A model generated the notes under the pieces. It ran no database searches, was not told the DNA's origin, and saw nothing but the letters and a program-made list of their open reading frames with translations. From assembly GCA_021780535.1 (NCBI GenBank), contig JAJXYN010000009.1, positions 303,923-367,922 on the forward strand: a stretch of DNA of 64,000 bases, given 5' to 3'. The position numbers and the translations under genes are program-made. Positions 37,845 through 47,438 of this stretch are shown here, piece after piece. Positions within the stretch are counted from its first letter, which is position 1. Every line of letters starts with the position of its first letter. The DNA comes from a bacterium (lineage in GTDB: Bacteria; Patescibacteriota; Patescibacteriia; JAGPKW01).

Positions 37845-37905
37845 TAAGTCACAAGATTATTTAATATCATGGAAAATTCTACATCATTATGATGATTTAT
37901 ATTTC

Positions 37906-38703
37906 TTAAATGACTGAACTAATTAATTTGAAAAATACAATAATTAAGATAATTCCAATTATTATTTGAAATATTTTTCTCCATTCGTTTTTAAAAAATT
38001 TTTCAGTTATTTTAAATACAATATGTATCCCAAACCATAAAGAAATTCCTAACAAAAAATCGTTTATAGTCATAGATATATTTTTGACTACATATAAGCT
38101 ATGGATAATTATTGCAAATAAAGAAGAATATAGTGCCGTGATAGTATTACCAATATACACTTGACTCATGTTCATGTGTCCAATTTTTATAGCAAATGGT
38201 AATTTTAATGGCTTTAAACTTGTACCTGAAAGTCCAGTAAAAAAGCCGCTAACAACTGGCCCAAATAAACCACATATTTTTTGATATGTTAATTTTGCTG
38301 AATCATGATTCAATTCTTCTGGTTTAAAATGAATAAAAATTAAACGTAATCCATACAATAAAGCTATAATACTAATTGTTATTAATAAAAATTTAGAAGA
38401 AATATTAAAGAACACAAACGATCCTAAAGATGCTCCAATTAAAGCTAGTAATGGAACTACTGTTAAAAATTTATTTTTATTTTTAGGTGGTATATTTTTT
38501 ATTTTTTCCCTATTTTGCCATAATACATATATCGCACCAAAGAATATAATCCAAAGAAAAATATTAATAGCTTGGAATACAGGAAAACTCATTAATGATA
38601 TTAGTAAAATAATTGCAAAAAATCTATCAAATTGAATTTTTAATCCCGCTGTAACAAAACCAACAATAATAATAATTATAAAAAATGAAACTAATGGAGT
38701 CAT
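37906..38703 (-). CDS. TauE/SafE-like membrane permease
   Basis: 8 TM helices, glycine-rich repeat LFGPVVSGFFTGLSGTS; downstream of ArsR paralog. Confidence 0.5.
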   Translation of the reverse strand: MTPLVSFFIIIIIVGFVTAGLKIQFDRFFAIILLISLMSFPVFQAINIFLWIIFFGAIYVLWQNREKIKNIPPKNKNKFLTVVPLLALIGASLGSFVFFNISSKFLLITISIIALLYGLRLIFIHFKPEELNHDSAKLTYQKICGLFGPVVSGFFTGLSGTSLKPLKLPFAIKIGHMNMSQVYIGNTITALYSSLFAIIIHSLYVVKNISMTINDFLLGISLWFGIHIVFKITEKFFKNEWRKIFQIIIGIILIIVFFKLISSVI

Positions 38704-38708
38704 ATTTT

Positions 38709-39026
38709 TTATTTTAATTTAATATTTAAAAAATTATTTAATAATGATGAATACTTTTTAATAATATTTTTATTTAAAGAATAAAAAACTTTTAAACCAA
38801 TTTTATTTGATTTTAATAAATTAAAATCTTTCATTACTTTTAAATGGTGTGATACTAAGTTTTGTGGAATATTTAAAAATTCTTTTATTTCACATACACA
38901 TTTTTCATCATCTATGAGAAAACATATTATTTTTAATCTACTTTCCTCTGATATTATTTTTAGAAAATCTATCATCTCTGACATTTCTAAACTTGTGTTT
39001 TTACAATTGAAATATTCTTTTTTCAT
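38709..39026 (-). CDS. arsR: ArsR/SmtB-family metalloregulator (paralog, ~80% identical to 11618..11929)
   Basis: EKCVCEIKEFL and HTH QNLVSHHLKVMK. Confidence 0.85.
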   Translation of the reverse strand: MKKEYFNCKNTSLEMSEMIDFLKIISEESRLKIICFLIDDEKCVCEIKEFLNIPQNLVSHHLKVMKDFNLLKSNKIGLKVFYSLNKNIIKKYSSLLNNFLNIKLK

Positions 39027-39037
39027 ATTATTAAAAC

Positions 39038-39059
39038 TATATCAATTTATATTGATATA
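39038..39059. promoter_or_regulatory. Putative ArsR operator (tatatcaa-N6-ttgatata), identical to 11944..11965
   Basis: Perfect inverted repeat immediately upstream of arsR start. Confidence 0.55.
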
Positions 39060-39174
39060 GTACTACTTATTTTTTTCTGAGTCAAATATTAATTAACTTA
39101 TAAGTAAATATAATACTTTTAAATAAATACTTTATGAGTTAATATATGAATATGACTTATAATATACTAATAAC

Positions 39175-39645
39175 ATGAATAACATAATGATTTTTATAGC
39201 AAAATACTTGTATTTATTTGAAATAATAGCATTTGCTATATATTTTATACTACAATCAAAAGAGATACGAAAACATATTTTGATTCTATCTTCTATTTAT
39301 CTACCAACAACTTATATTGTTGCAAAAATTTCTTCTTTTATTTATTTTGATCCAAGACCATTTATTATAAACCATTTTGTTCCACTTATTTCTCACACTA
39401 ATGACAATGGCTTTCCGTCAGATCATATGTTACTTACAAGCGCTATTGCCTCTATCTTATTTATATATAATAAAAAATTAGGAATAATATTTTGGATAGT
39501 GGCTATTATGATTGGCTTATCTAGAGTATTTGTTGGAGTACATCATTTTATTGATATAATTGGAAGCGCTATTATTTCTATAATAACAATAATTATAATT
39601 AGCAAGTATGTTACACCAAAAATTATGATAAAATATAAAAAATAA
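39175..39645 (+). CDS. PAP2-family membrane phosphatase
   Basis: KISSFIYFDPRP, PSDH, SRVFVGVHHFID motifs. Confidence 0.8.
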   Translation: MNNIMIFIAKYLYLFEIIAFAIYFILQSKEIRKHILILSSIYLPTTYIVAKISSFIYFDPRPFIINHFVPLISHTNDNGFPSDHMLLTSAIASILFIYNKKLGIIFWIVAIMIGLSRVFVGVHHFIDIIGSAIISIITIIIISKYVTPKIMIKYKK

Positions 39646-39649
39646 ACTT

Positions 39650-40315
39650 ATGAAAATACTTATTGTTGAAGACAATCAAAAATTAGCAGGATATATTAAA
39701 AAAGCTCTGGAACAAAAAAGCTATACAGTTGATTGTGTTTATGATGGTGAGAATGGAGAAAATCGTGCAGAGTTTAATGAATATGATTTAATAATTTTAG
39801 ATTGGATGTTACCAAAAAAAGATGGTATTACTGTATGTAATAATTTAAGAAATAAAAATATTAATGTCCCAATAATAATACTTACCGCTAAAGATGAGTT
39901 AGATGATAAAATTATGGGTCTTGATAATGGTGCTGATGATTATTTGGTTAAACCGTTTGAACTTGAAGAATTACTAGCTAGAATAAGAGCACTACTTCGA
40001 AGACCTAAAGAAAAAGTTGGAGAAATTTTAATGGTAAAAGATATTTTAGTTGATAATGCTAAACATATTATAACAAAAAATAATATTGAAATATCTTTGA
40101 CACTAAAGGAGTATGCTATACTTGAATATTTAATTCAAAACAAAGGTCAAGTTATAACAAGAGATCAAATATTAGAACATTGTTGGGATTTTTCTTTTGA
40201 TTCTTTTAGTAATATCGTTGATGGGTTTATTAAACAACTTCGTAAAAAATTAAATGATAAAGATGAAAAATATATTAAAACAATTAGAGGAATTGGCTAT
40301 AAATTTCAAGAATAA
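39650..40315 (+). CDS. OmpR-family response regulator
   Basis: Receiver domain (IVEDNQKL...DLIILDWMLPKKDG) and winged-helix output domain. Confidence 0.9.
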   Translation: MKILIVEDNQKLAGYIKKALEQKSYTVDCVYDGENGENRAEFNEYDLIILDWMLPKKDGITVCNNLRNKNINVPIIILTAKDELDDKIMGLDNGADDYLVKPFELEELLARIRALLRRPKEKVGEILMVKDILVDNAKHIITKNNIEISLTLKEYAILEYLIQNKGQVITRDQILEHCWDFSFDSFSNIVDGFIKQLRKKLNDKDEKYIKTIRGIGYKFQE

Positions 40316-41288
40316 TTATTTTTTTAATACAAAAATAAAACTCTCTATTTATTATGCTTTTATAATGCTTATTGTACTAACTATTTTTAGTATTGTTATT
40401 TATGGTATTTCTATAAAAAATTTATCTGATAGTTTTGATGATCAATCTAAAATGAATGACCCAAAAATAAAAAATGAAATAAATGCATTCCAAGATAGAT
40501 TACAAATTACGATAATAAGTACTGATTTATTTGTATTTATTCTAACTTTAATATTATCATATTATTTATCTAGCAAAACTTTAAAACCTATTAAAACAGC
40601 CTACTTAAAACAAAAAAAGTTTGTAGCTGATTCCGCACATGAATTTCGTACTCCCCTTGCAATTATGAAAACTGGATCAGAAATGATTTTAAATAGTAAT
40701 GCAAATAATGCAGAATATAAAAAATTAATACATGAACAAATAGAAGAAATAGATTATCTAACCGAAATGATAAATGAGCTTTTATTTTTAGCAAAAAACG
40801 ATGATATAAAAAATATAACTTTTGAAGAATTTAATCTTAGTAATTTAATAAAAAAACAAATTGAATCAATAATGCCTTATGCAAAAATAAAAAACATTAA
40901 TTTAGATTTTAAAATTACAGATGAAATATATTTTAACGGAAATAGTATTTATTTAAAAAAACTTATAAATAATTTAATTAAAAATGCTATTGATTATAAT
41001 AAATTAAATGGAAGTGTTATTGTTTCTTTAGAAAAAATAAAACAAAATATTGTGTTAAGTATTAAAGATACTGGAATAGGAATAAGTAAAGAAGATTTAA
41101 GATATATTTTTGATAGATTTTATAAAGTTGATAAATCAAGAGCTAGAGAATCTAACGGATCTGGATTGGGTCTTTCTATTGTTTCTGAAATTATTAAAAT
41201 ACACAATGGGAAAATATCTGTTGTGAGTAAAGAAGGTTTAGGCTCAGAATTTACTGTTTTATTTTCCTCATACAATTCTCATATTTAA
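40254..41288 (+). CDS. Sensor histidine kinase (start uncertain: 40254/40263 with 62-nt overlap, or 40365)
   Basis: H-box SAHEFRTPLAIMK, N-box, G-boxes GSGLGLSIV; two TM helices. Confidence 0.85.
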   Translation: MIKMKNILKQLEELAINFKNNYFFNTKIKLSIYYAFIMLIVLTIFSIVIYGISIKNLSDSFDDQSKMNDPKIKNEINAFQDRLQITIISTDLFVFILTLILSYYLSSKTLKPIKTAYLKQKKFVADSAHEFRTPLAIMKTGSEMILNSNANNAEYKKLIHEQIEEIDYLTEMINELLFLAKNDDIKNITFEEFNLSNLIKKQIESIMPYAKIKNINLDFKITDEIYFNGNSIYLKKLINNLIKNAIDYNKLNGSVIVSLEKIKQNIVLSIKDTGIGISKEDLRYIFDRFYKVDKSRARESNGSGLGLSIVSEIIKIHNGKISVVSKEGLGSEFTVLFSSYNSHI

Positions 41289-41428
41289 TATATATAATTA
41301 TACTAATTAATAAGAAAGTGTATTAGTATATTAAAAAAGAACATTTTAAAAAATTTAAATTACTCTTTAACCAACAAATAATAAAAACAAATTGGGGGTA
41401 TATTTTAATAATATTTTTTATATCTATT

Positions 41429-41992
41429 TTGGCAAATTTATTTGTGTTGCTTGCTTATTATAAAGAATTACCAAAAAAAGATGACATAAAAAATATATTT
41501 CATATTAAAAAAATAATACCTTTACCAACAGAGATTAATAAAAACTTTATAGATCAAATAAATAGATGTTTTATCCCAATAGCTTCTGTATATAAATACA
41601 CGCTACGAATAGTTTCTGGATTTCGTTCAGTAGAAGAACAAAATAATATATATAATCAAGGAAGAACTATAAATGGGCATTTAATTACAGAAGCCCCTGG
41701 TGGAAAAAGTTTACACAATTTTGGCTTTGCTGTAGATGTGGTTGATAAATATAGAGGTTATAATATTAATTGGAATAAACTTGGAAATATTGCAAAATTT
41801 TGTGGACTTGAAGAAGGTATAGAAGGAGATCAGGCGCATTTTCAATATCGTGACAATCTCACTAAAGAAGATTTTATAGCTGGCAAAAGACCAAAACTAC
41901 TTACATTGCCATGCGATATAATGAATAAAAAAATAGAACCAATAAAATTAACATGGAAAGAGTTAAAAAATTGTGGTGCCCCAAACTTTTAA
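41429..41992 (+). CDS. Peptidase M15 family (D-Ala-D-Ala carboxypeptidase/ L-Ala-D-Glu peptidase-like)
   Basis: VSGFRSVEEQNNIY and SLHNFGFAVDVV zinc-binding motifs. Confidence 0.7.
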   Translation: MANLFVLLAYYKELPKKDDIKNIFHIKKIIPLPTEINKNFIDQINRCFIPIASVYKYTLRIVSGFRSVEEQNNIYNQGRTINGHLITEAPGGKSLHNFGFAVDVVDKYRGYNINWNKLGNIAKFCGLEEGIEGDQAHFQYRDNLTKEDFIAGKRPKLLTLPCDIMNKKIEPIKLTWKELKNCGAPNF

Positions 41993-42068
41993 AAATTACT
42001 TTCTTCATATAATCCTCATAATAGAAGTATATAATTACAATAATTAATAATTTAACTATTTATTTTTT

Positions 42069-42800
42069 ATGAATAAAACTCAAAATATAATTTCAATAAG
42101 CAATTTAACTCACATCTATAAAAATAAAAAGGCCTTAGATGATTTAAATTTGGAAATATCTAAAAATGAAATATTTGGTTTTTTGGGTCATAATGGAGCT
42201 GGAAAAACAACCACTATAAGTATTTTAACAACATTATTAAAGCCAACTTCTGGTAATGCTAAAATTTGTGGCTTTGACGTTGTGAAAGATAGTATGGAAG
42301 TAAAAAAACTTATTGGATATTTACCAGAAAATGTAAAATTTTATGATAATTTAACAGCATATGAAAATTTAGAATATTTTGCAAAAATTTCTGGAATTAA
42401 AAATCCTAAGGAAAAAATATTTGATATTTTAAAATTTATAGATTTTGAAGGTATTGAGAATAAAAAAATTGGCGAATTTTCTAAAGGTATGCACCAAAGA
42501 ATAGGTATAGCCCAAGCCATTATCCACGAACCTCAAGTTCTTTTTCTTGATGAACCAACATCTGGACTTGATCCTATGGGGATAAAGAAACTAAGAGAAA
42601 TAATAATAAAACTTAATAAAGAAAAACAGATGACTATTTTTATGAATACTCATCTATTATCTGAAGTTGCAAAAGTTTGCACTACTATAGGAGTTTTAAA
42701 TAGTGGCAAACTTATTTATAAAAACTCTCTTAAAGAAACTCTTAAGCGTTTTAATAATGAGAACTCTCTTGAAGAAATATATTTTAACATAGAACAATAA
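42069..42800 (+). CDS. ABC transporter ATP-binding protein
   Basis: GHNGAGKTT Walker A, signature variant FSKGMHQR, LFLDEPTSGLD Walker B. Confidence 0.85.
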   Translation: MNKTQNIISISNLTHIYKNKKALDDLNLEISKNEIFGFLGHNGAGKTTTISILTTLLKPTSGNAKICGFDVVKDSMEVKKLIGYLPENVKFYDNLTAYENLEYFAKISGIKNPKEKIFDILKFIDFEGIENKKIGEFSKGMHQRIGIAQAIIHEPQVLFLDEPTSGLDPMGIKKLREIIIKLNKEKQMTIFMNTHLLSEVAKVCTTIGVLNSGKLIYKNSLKETLKRFNNENSLEEIYFNIEQ

Positions 42801-42801
42801 T

Positions 42802-43749
42802 ATGAATAAAATTTTTTATATAGCAAAAGAAGAAATTAAAATTCTTTTTAGAGAAAAAATATTTTTTACTCTTCTTGGTGTATTTGTTGTAATGTCTTTA
42901 ATATCTTCATTTCTTGGTTTTATGGCAACAAACACTACAACATCTATTTATAATTCATCTGTTAAATTTCTTATACAAAAAGGTATTAATAATATACCGC
43001 CAAACCCAATGTTGTCTTTTGGTGCTCTTACTGATTTTAGAAACATAATAATATATATGTTTTTAATTGGAGCATTACTTGCAGTTGTTATAGGTCATAG
43101 AAGTTTTATAAGAGAAAGAAAATCTGGGGTTTTACCTATTTTATTTTCTCGCCCAATATCTTCAAATACATTATTTTTTGGAAAAGCATTAGGAATTGGT
43201 ATAACTATTTTTTCTATTATACTTTCTGCATTTTTAATAGGTATTCTATCATCATTACTTTTACCATATAGACATCTTCTTTTTGATGACATTCTTAGAT
43301 TAATTATATTTTATATATTTTCTTTTTTCTATTTATTATTTTTTGGATTTGTTGGATTATTATTTGCAATAAAAACAAAAAGTGAATCTTTAGCTTTGTT
43401 TATTCCTATTTGTATTTGGGTTGGTATAAGTTTTGTTTTGCCAGAAATTATTTCCGGACAAAATCCAACAGCACTTCTTAATCCAATAGCAATGGGTCAA
43501 GTACAAGTTCAAAATAGTGTATTTTTTTCCTTAATGCAAACATATTTACAACCTTTTTCTATTGGCGGACAATACACATCTTTCGCATTGCAATTAATCA
43601 ATAACACATCACAAACATCATTAATTAATGTTATTTTAAATAATTTATCAAATATAACAACATTATTTATTTCTATTATTGGAACTTCTACTTTATGTAT
43701 TTATTCTATAAATAAAAATAATATTGGAAAGGATGAAATTTATGAATAA
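42802..43749 (+). CDS. ABC-2-type transporter permease
   Basis: 6 TM helices, genomic coupling to ATPase. Confidence 0.55.
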   Translation: MNKIFYIAKEEIKILFREKIFFTLLGVFVVMSLISSFLGFMATNTTTSIYNSSVKFLIQKGINNIPPNPMLSFGALTDFRNIIIYMFLIGALLAVVIGHRSFIRERKSGVLPILFSRPISSNTLFFGKALGIGITIFSIILSAFLIGILSSLLLPYRHLLFDDILRLIIFYIFSFFYLLFFGFVGLLFAIKTKSESLALFIPICIWVGISFVLPEIISGQNPTALLNPIAMGQVQVQNSVFFSLMQTYLQPFSIGGQYTSFALQLINNTSQTSLINVILNNLSNITTLFISIIGTSTLCIYSINKNNIGKDEIYE

Positions 43750-44722
43750 TGTTTATCAAGTTATCACTGTAGCCAAAAAAGAATATATAGATGCTTTAAA
43801 AAATAGAGTGTTTATTATATTTGTTTCATTTTTACTCATTCTTACTTTTGTATCTATAATTGTATCCTCTTTTGATTTTCAAGCTAAAGTAATTTCTTAT
43901 CAAACAGCATTAGCTGAATTACAAGCTAGCCACCAAATAATACAAAACTTAACAGCCCCAGAATTTTATCCATTACAATTATTAAGAGGAACTATAGAGT
44001 ATATTGAAATAATAGGAGCGATACTTGCAATAGTTTTAGGATATTTGTCCATAGCCAAAGAAAAAGGAAACAATACTTTACAATTATTATTTACTAGACC
44101 AATAAGTAAAATAAAATTATTTTTTGGTAAATTTCTTGGAAACGTATTACTACTTACCTCTGTTTCTGGATTTATGTTTTTTGGAATTTATTTAATTATA
44201 TCTTTAATTGGAAAAACAGTAATTACCAACATTGAAATAGAAAAAATATTTTTGTCATTTATTTTCTCTATAATATATTTATCAACATTTTTTTCTATTT
44301 CAGCATTACTTGCTTTAATTTTTAAATCATTATCAAATTCATTAATTTTATCTTTTGTGATCTGGATAGTTTTCGTATTGGTTATTCCCCAAATTGGAGA
44401 TACATTAGATCCAGACAATCAAGTTCCTGGTGGATTATTTAATAAAATCGGAATAACACAAAAATCGGATCAATTAACGATTTTAAAAGATTTTTCAAGT
44501 TATGAGAAAGCTAGAGATAGCCTAGAACAATCTTCATTTACAAAACACTATGAAAGATTAATATTTGCTTTATTAGGTATTAAAGATATGTATAATGGTA
44601 AAACTATTAATTTTATTATAAACGATAAAAATAGTGATATATTATGGCTTGTTTCTGCAATGATTTTATCTAGTACATTAACCTCAATAATTTTTACAAA
44701 AAAGAAATTAATTAATAAATAA
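43724..44722 (+). CDS. ABC-2-type transporter permease (second)
   Basis: 6 TM helices; overlaps previous gene. Confidence 0.55.
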   Translation: MERMKFMNNVYQVITVAKKEYIDALKNRVFIIFVSFLLILTFVSIIVSSFDFQAKVISYQTALAELQASHQIIQNLTAPEFYPLQLLRGTIEYIEIIGAILAIVLGYLSIAKEKGNNTLQLLFTRPISKIKLFFGKFLGNVLLLTSVSGFMFFGIYLIISLIGKTVITNIEIEKIFLSFIFSIIYLSTFFSISALLALIFKSLSNSLILSFVIWIVFVLVIPQIGDTLDPDNQVPGGLFNKIGITQKSDQLTILKDFSSYEKARDSLEQSSFTKHYERLIFALLGIKDMYNGKTINFIINDKNSDILWLVSAMILSSTLTSIIFTKKKLINK

Positions 44723-44728
44723 TACAAT

Positions 44729-45382
44729 ATGACTAAAAAGAATATAACTATAATAATTGGTGTTGGTATTTTAATGATAGGACTTACTATTTTTAATTCT
44801 AATAACAACAAAAAAAATCAAACAAATACAATAACAAACAATATAAATCAAAATAAAAACAATATAAATCAAAATAAAAACAATAATACAAACATTAATA
44901 ATAATATAGATAATTCTATAAAAATACCAACTAACCCTACTGATATAGTTCCTGGCTTATACCAAAATCCTATAATAAATACTGCTACTATTGATGGTTT
45001 TAAAATAATTAATAGTAAAGTAGAAAACAATGAAGATATTAATAAAAAAATAGTTGATGATCATTTAGAATTAACATTGAAAAATATTTCTGGAAAAGAT
45101 ATTTCTGATTTTGAGGTTTATTATACAATTACAGATACCGTAACAAATCAAAAAGAAGGATACTATAAAAAACTAGATGGTTTTGTATTAAAAAATAATG
45201 AAATTAAATCTATACATTTTGATAATAAAACTGGAGATGGTCATTTTACATCTAACATTAATAGTCTTTATTACAAATCATCAAATAAAATGATTTTTGA
45301 TGTTATGGTAAGTACTCCTGGATATAAAATAGAGACAGTAAGCATTAATAAAGATGCTGGTGGAGCAGAATTAAAAGATTAA
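44729..45382 (+). CDS. Secreted/anchored Asn-rich protein with tandem NINQNKN repeats
   Basis: N-terminal TM/signal; coding tandem repeat at 44840..44890. Confidence 0.4.
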   Translation: MTKKNITIIIGVGILMIGLTIFNSNNNKKNQTNTITNNINQNKNNINQNKNNNTNINNNIDNSIKIPTNPTDIVPGLYQNPIINTATIDGFKIINSKVENNEDINKKIVDDHLELTLKNISGKDISDFEVYYTITDTVTNQKEGYYKKLDGFVLKNNEIKSIHFDNKTGDGHFTSNINSLYYKSSNKMIFDVMVSTPGYKIETVSINKDAGGAELKD

Positions 45383-45565
45383 TTATAATTAAAAAACCAC
45401 TCACATTATTGAGTGGTTGTGTTTTTCTTACCTTTCATACACCAAAGGTACTCCCCTATGCGCTCTTCTGTTTCCCTGTGTTAAATTTTATAAAAAATAT
45501 TATATTTTTAACGTAATACTTAGGGTAGTATATTTATAATTTATTTAAAAATTAATAATAATTAT

Positions 45566-45808
45566 ATGATGTGGGGGTTTGGTAATAATTTAATGGGTTG
45601 GGGTTTTGGGTTTTATGGCTGGATTTTTATGGTTCTTATTTGGGCCATGATTATTATTGGTATTGTTTTTTTTATTAAATGGTTTATGACAAAATCTAGT
45701 GATTTACATAATCAAGACAAGTCTCCTATTGAAATTTTAAAAGAGCGCTATGCAAAAGGCGAAATTGATAAAAAAGAATTTGAAAATATAAAAAAAGACT
45801 TAAATTAA
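45566..45808 (+). CDS. Small membrane protein with SHOCT domain
   Basis: C-terminal ILKERYAKGEIDKKEFENIKKDL. Confidence 0.55.
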   Translation: MMWGFGNNLMGWGFGFYGWIFMVLIWAMIIIGIVFFIKWFMTKSSDLHNQDKSPIEILKERYAKGEIDKKEFENIKKDLN

Positions 45809-45900
45809 TAATTTGTTAGGTAAGTTTTATAAACCTTACCTATTTTAAATAATTATTTTATGAGTTAAAATGTAACTATATAATAAAATAAAAATAAAAT

Positions 45901-46104
45901 ATGCAAAAAAACATGGGAACGTTAGATAAAATAATTAGATTAATTCTAGCTATAATATTTATAGTACTTTATTTTACTAATATAGCTACTGGAGTACTAG
46001 GAATTATATTATTAGTATTAGCAGCTGTGTTTGTATTAACAAGTATTGTTGGATTTTGCCCACTATATATAATATTTAAAATAAATACTAACTCAAAAAA
46101 ATAA
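45901..46104 (+). CDS. DUF2892 (YgaP-like) small membrane protein
   Basis: LDKIIRLILAI...GFCPLY. Confidence 0.55.
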   Translation: MQKNMGTLDKIIRLILAIIFIVLYFTNIATGVLGIILLVLAAVFVLTSIVGFCPLYIIFKINTNSKK

Positions 46105-46148
46105 GCATAAACTAAAAATCTCATGGAATTAACCATGAGATTTTTAGT

Positions 46149-47438
46149 TTATTTTTTTTGACTTATATATTTTTTCGCTGAAGTTGCAGATACCGCGCCC
46201 ATAGCTTCTGCTACTACTATTTGTTTTAAATCTGAAAATCCGGTCGTAATATCTCCTGCCGCATAAACACCTTCTAGATTTGTTTTACAATTTTGATCTA
46301 TTTTAATAAATCCAGAATCATTTTTTTCTATTCCTAATTTTTCAAGTAAAGCATCATTTGGGATCGTTCCTATTTCTATAAATAAACCATCTATTTTTAA
46401 TTTATTGCTTCCATTATATTCTTTGTCTAATATTATTTCTTCTACGATATTGCTTCCTTGTATTTCCAAAACATTAGATGAAGATATTAGATGGATATTG
46501 TGTCTCTTTTTTACTTCTTCTTTTAAAGCTTCATCTTTTGCTGAAAATTCTTCTTTTCTATAAATTAAATAAACATCAGTGGAAACATCACTCAAATGCA
46601 AAGCTCCTGTTAACGCTGCATCACCAGCACCAAGAACTGCTACTACTTTATCTTGATAAAACATCCCATCACATATAGTGCAATATGATATCCCTTTTCC
46701 TGAAAATTCTGATTCGCCTTTAATCCCAGCTTTTCTTTTTTCTGTGCCCAAAGCTATTATTAAACTTTTACCTTTATAATGCCTATTGCCGTCTGTTATT
46801 ATTTTAAAAATACCATTATCATCTTTTTCTATTTGTTTAACCACATCCATAACGTGCTCACATTGATCATATTTTTTGAAATGCTGTAATAATTTTTGAG
46901 ATAATTCCGACCCTTCTATATTTGGCAAGGCTGGATAATTATCTACTAAATGCGTCTTTGCAACCATTCCTCCTATTTCTCCACCTATAACAACATTGCT
47001 CATATTATATCTACTTGCATATATAGATGCTGTTGCACCTGCCGGACCAGATCCTATTATAATTGTATCAAATATTTTTTCATTACTAACTATGTCTTCT
47101 TTAATTTCTACACCCATTAAAGCTATATTTTTCAATATATCCTCTTTATTTATATAGCCTAATAATCTTTGACCAATTTCAACTCCATTTTTATAGAATA
47201 ATAAAGTTGGTGAACTCATTACATTTAGACTCATTGCTAGATCTTTATTTTCTTGTCTAAATATTTTTGTAAATAATATTTTACTTCCATAACGCTTTGA
47301 TAATTCTATATATTTTTCAGCCAATGCCTCACAAGGTGGGCATTCTGTTGAATAAAAATCAATTATTACGTTTTCATTATTTTTAATAATATCGTAAAAT
47401 TCATCTTTATTTATATGTATTATTTCTTCTTTATTCAT
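46149..47438 (-). CDS. Thioredoxin–thioredoxin reductase fusion protein
   Basis: N-terminal Trx (STECPPCE), then TrxB FAD site IIIGSGPAGATAS and redox-active CTICDG, NADPH site AVLGAGDAA. Confidence 0.85.
   Translation of the reverse strand: MNKEEIIHINKDEFYDIIKNNENVIIDFYSTECPPCEALAEKYIELSKRYGSKILFTKIFRQENKDLAMSLNVMSSPTLLFYKNGVEIGQRLLGYINKEDILKNIALMGVEIKEDIVSNEKIFDTIIIGSGPAGATASIYASRYNMSNVVIGGEIGGMVAKTHLVDNYPALPNIEGSELSQKLLQHFKKYDQCEHVMDVVKQIEKDDNGIFKIITDGNRHYKGKSLIIALGTEKRKAGIKGESEFSGKGISYCTICDGMFYQDKVVAVLGAGDAALTGALHLSDVSTDVYLIYRKEEFSAKDEALKEEVKKRHNIHLISSSNVLEIQGSNIVEEIILDKEYNGSNKLKIDGLFIEIGTIPNDALLEKLGIEKNDSGFIKIDQNCKTNLEGVYAAGDITTGFSDLKQIVVAEAMGAVSATSAKKYISQKK

Noticed and set aside
44830-44895. 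Short tandem DNA repeat aatcaaaataaaaacaatataaatc, briefly considered as a CRISPR-like array
   Set aside because: Only two adjacent copies, no spacers. Lies inside an ORF and encodes the NINQNKN protein repeat.
45383-45565. tacttagggtagta inverted repeat and nearby GC-rich hairpins upstream of SHOCT gene as another CsoR/RcnR operator
   Set aside because: Single weak instance. Could not distinguish from chance or terminator structure, so not called as a feature.
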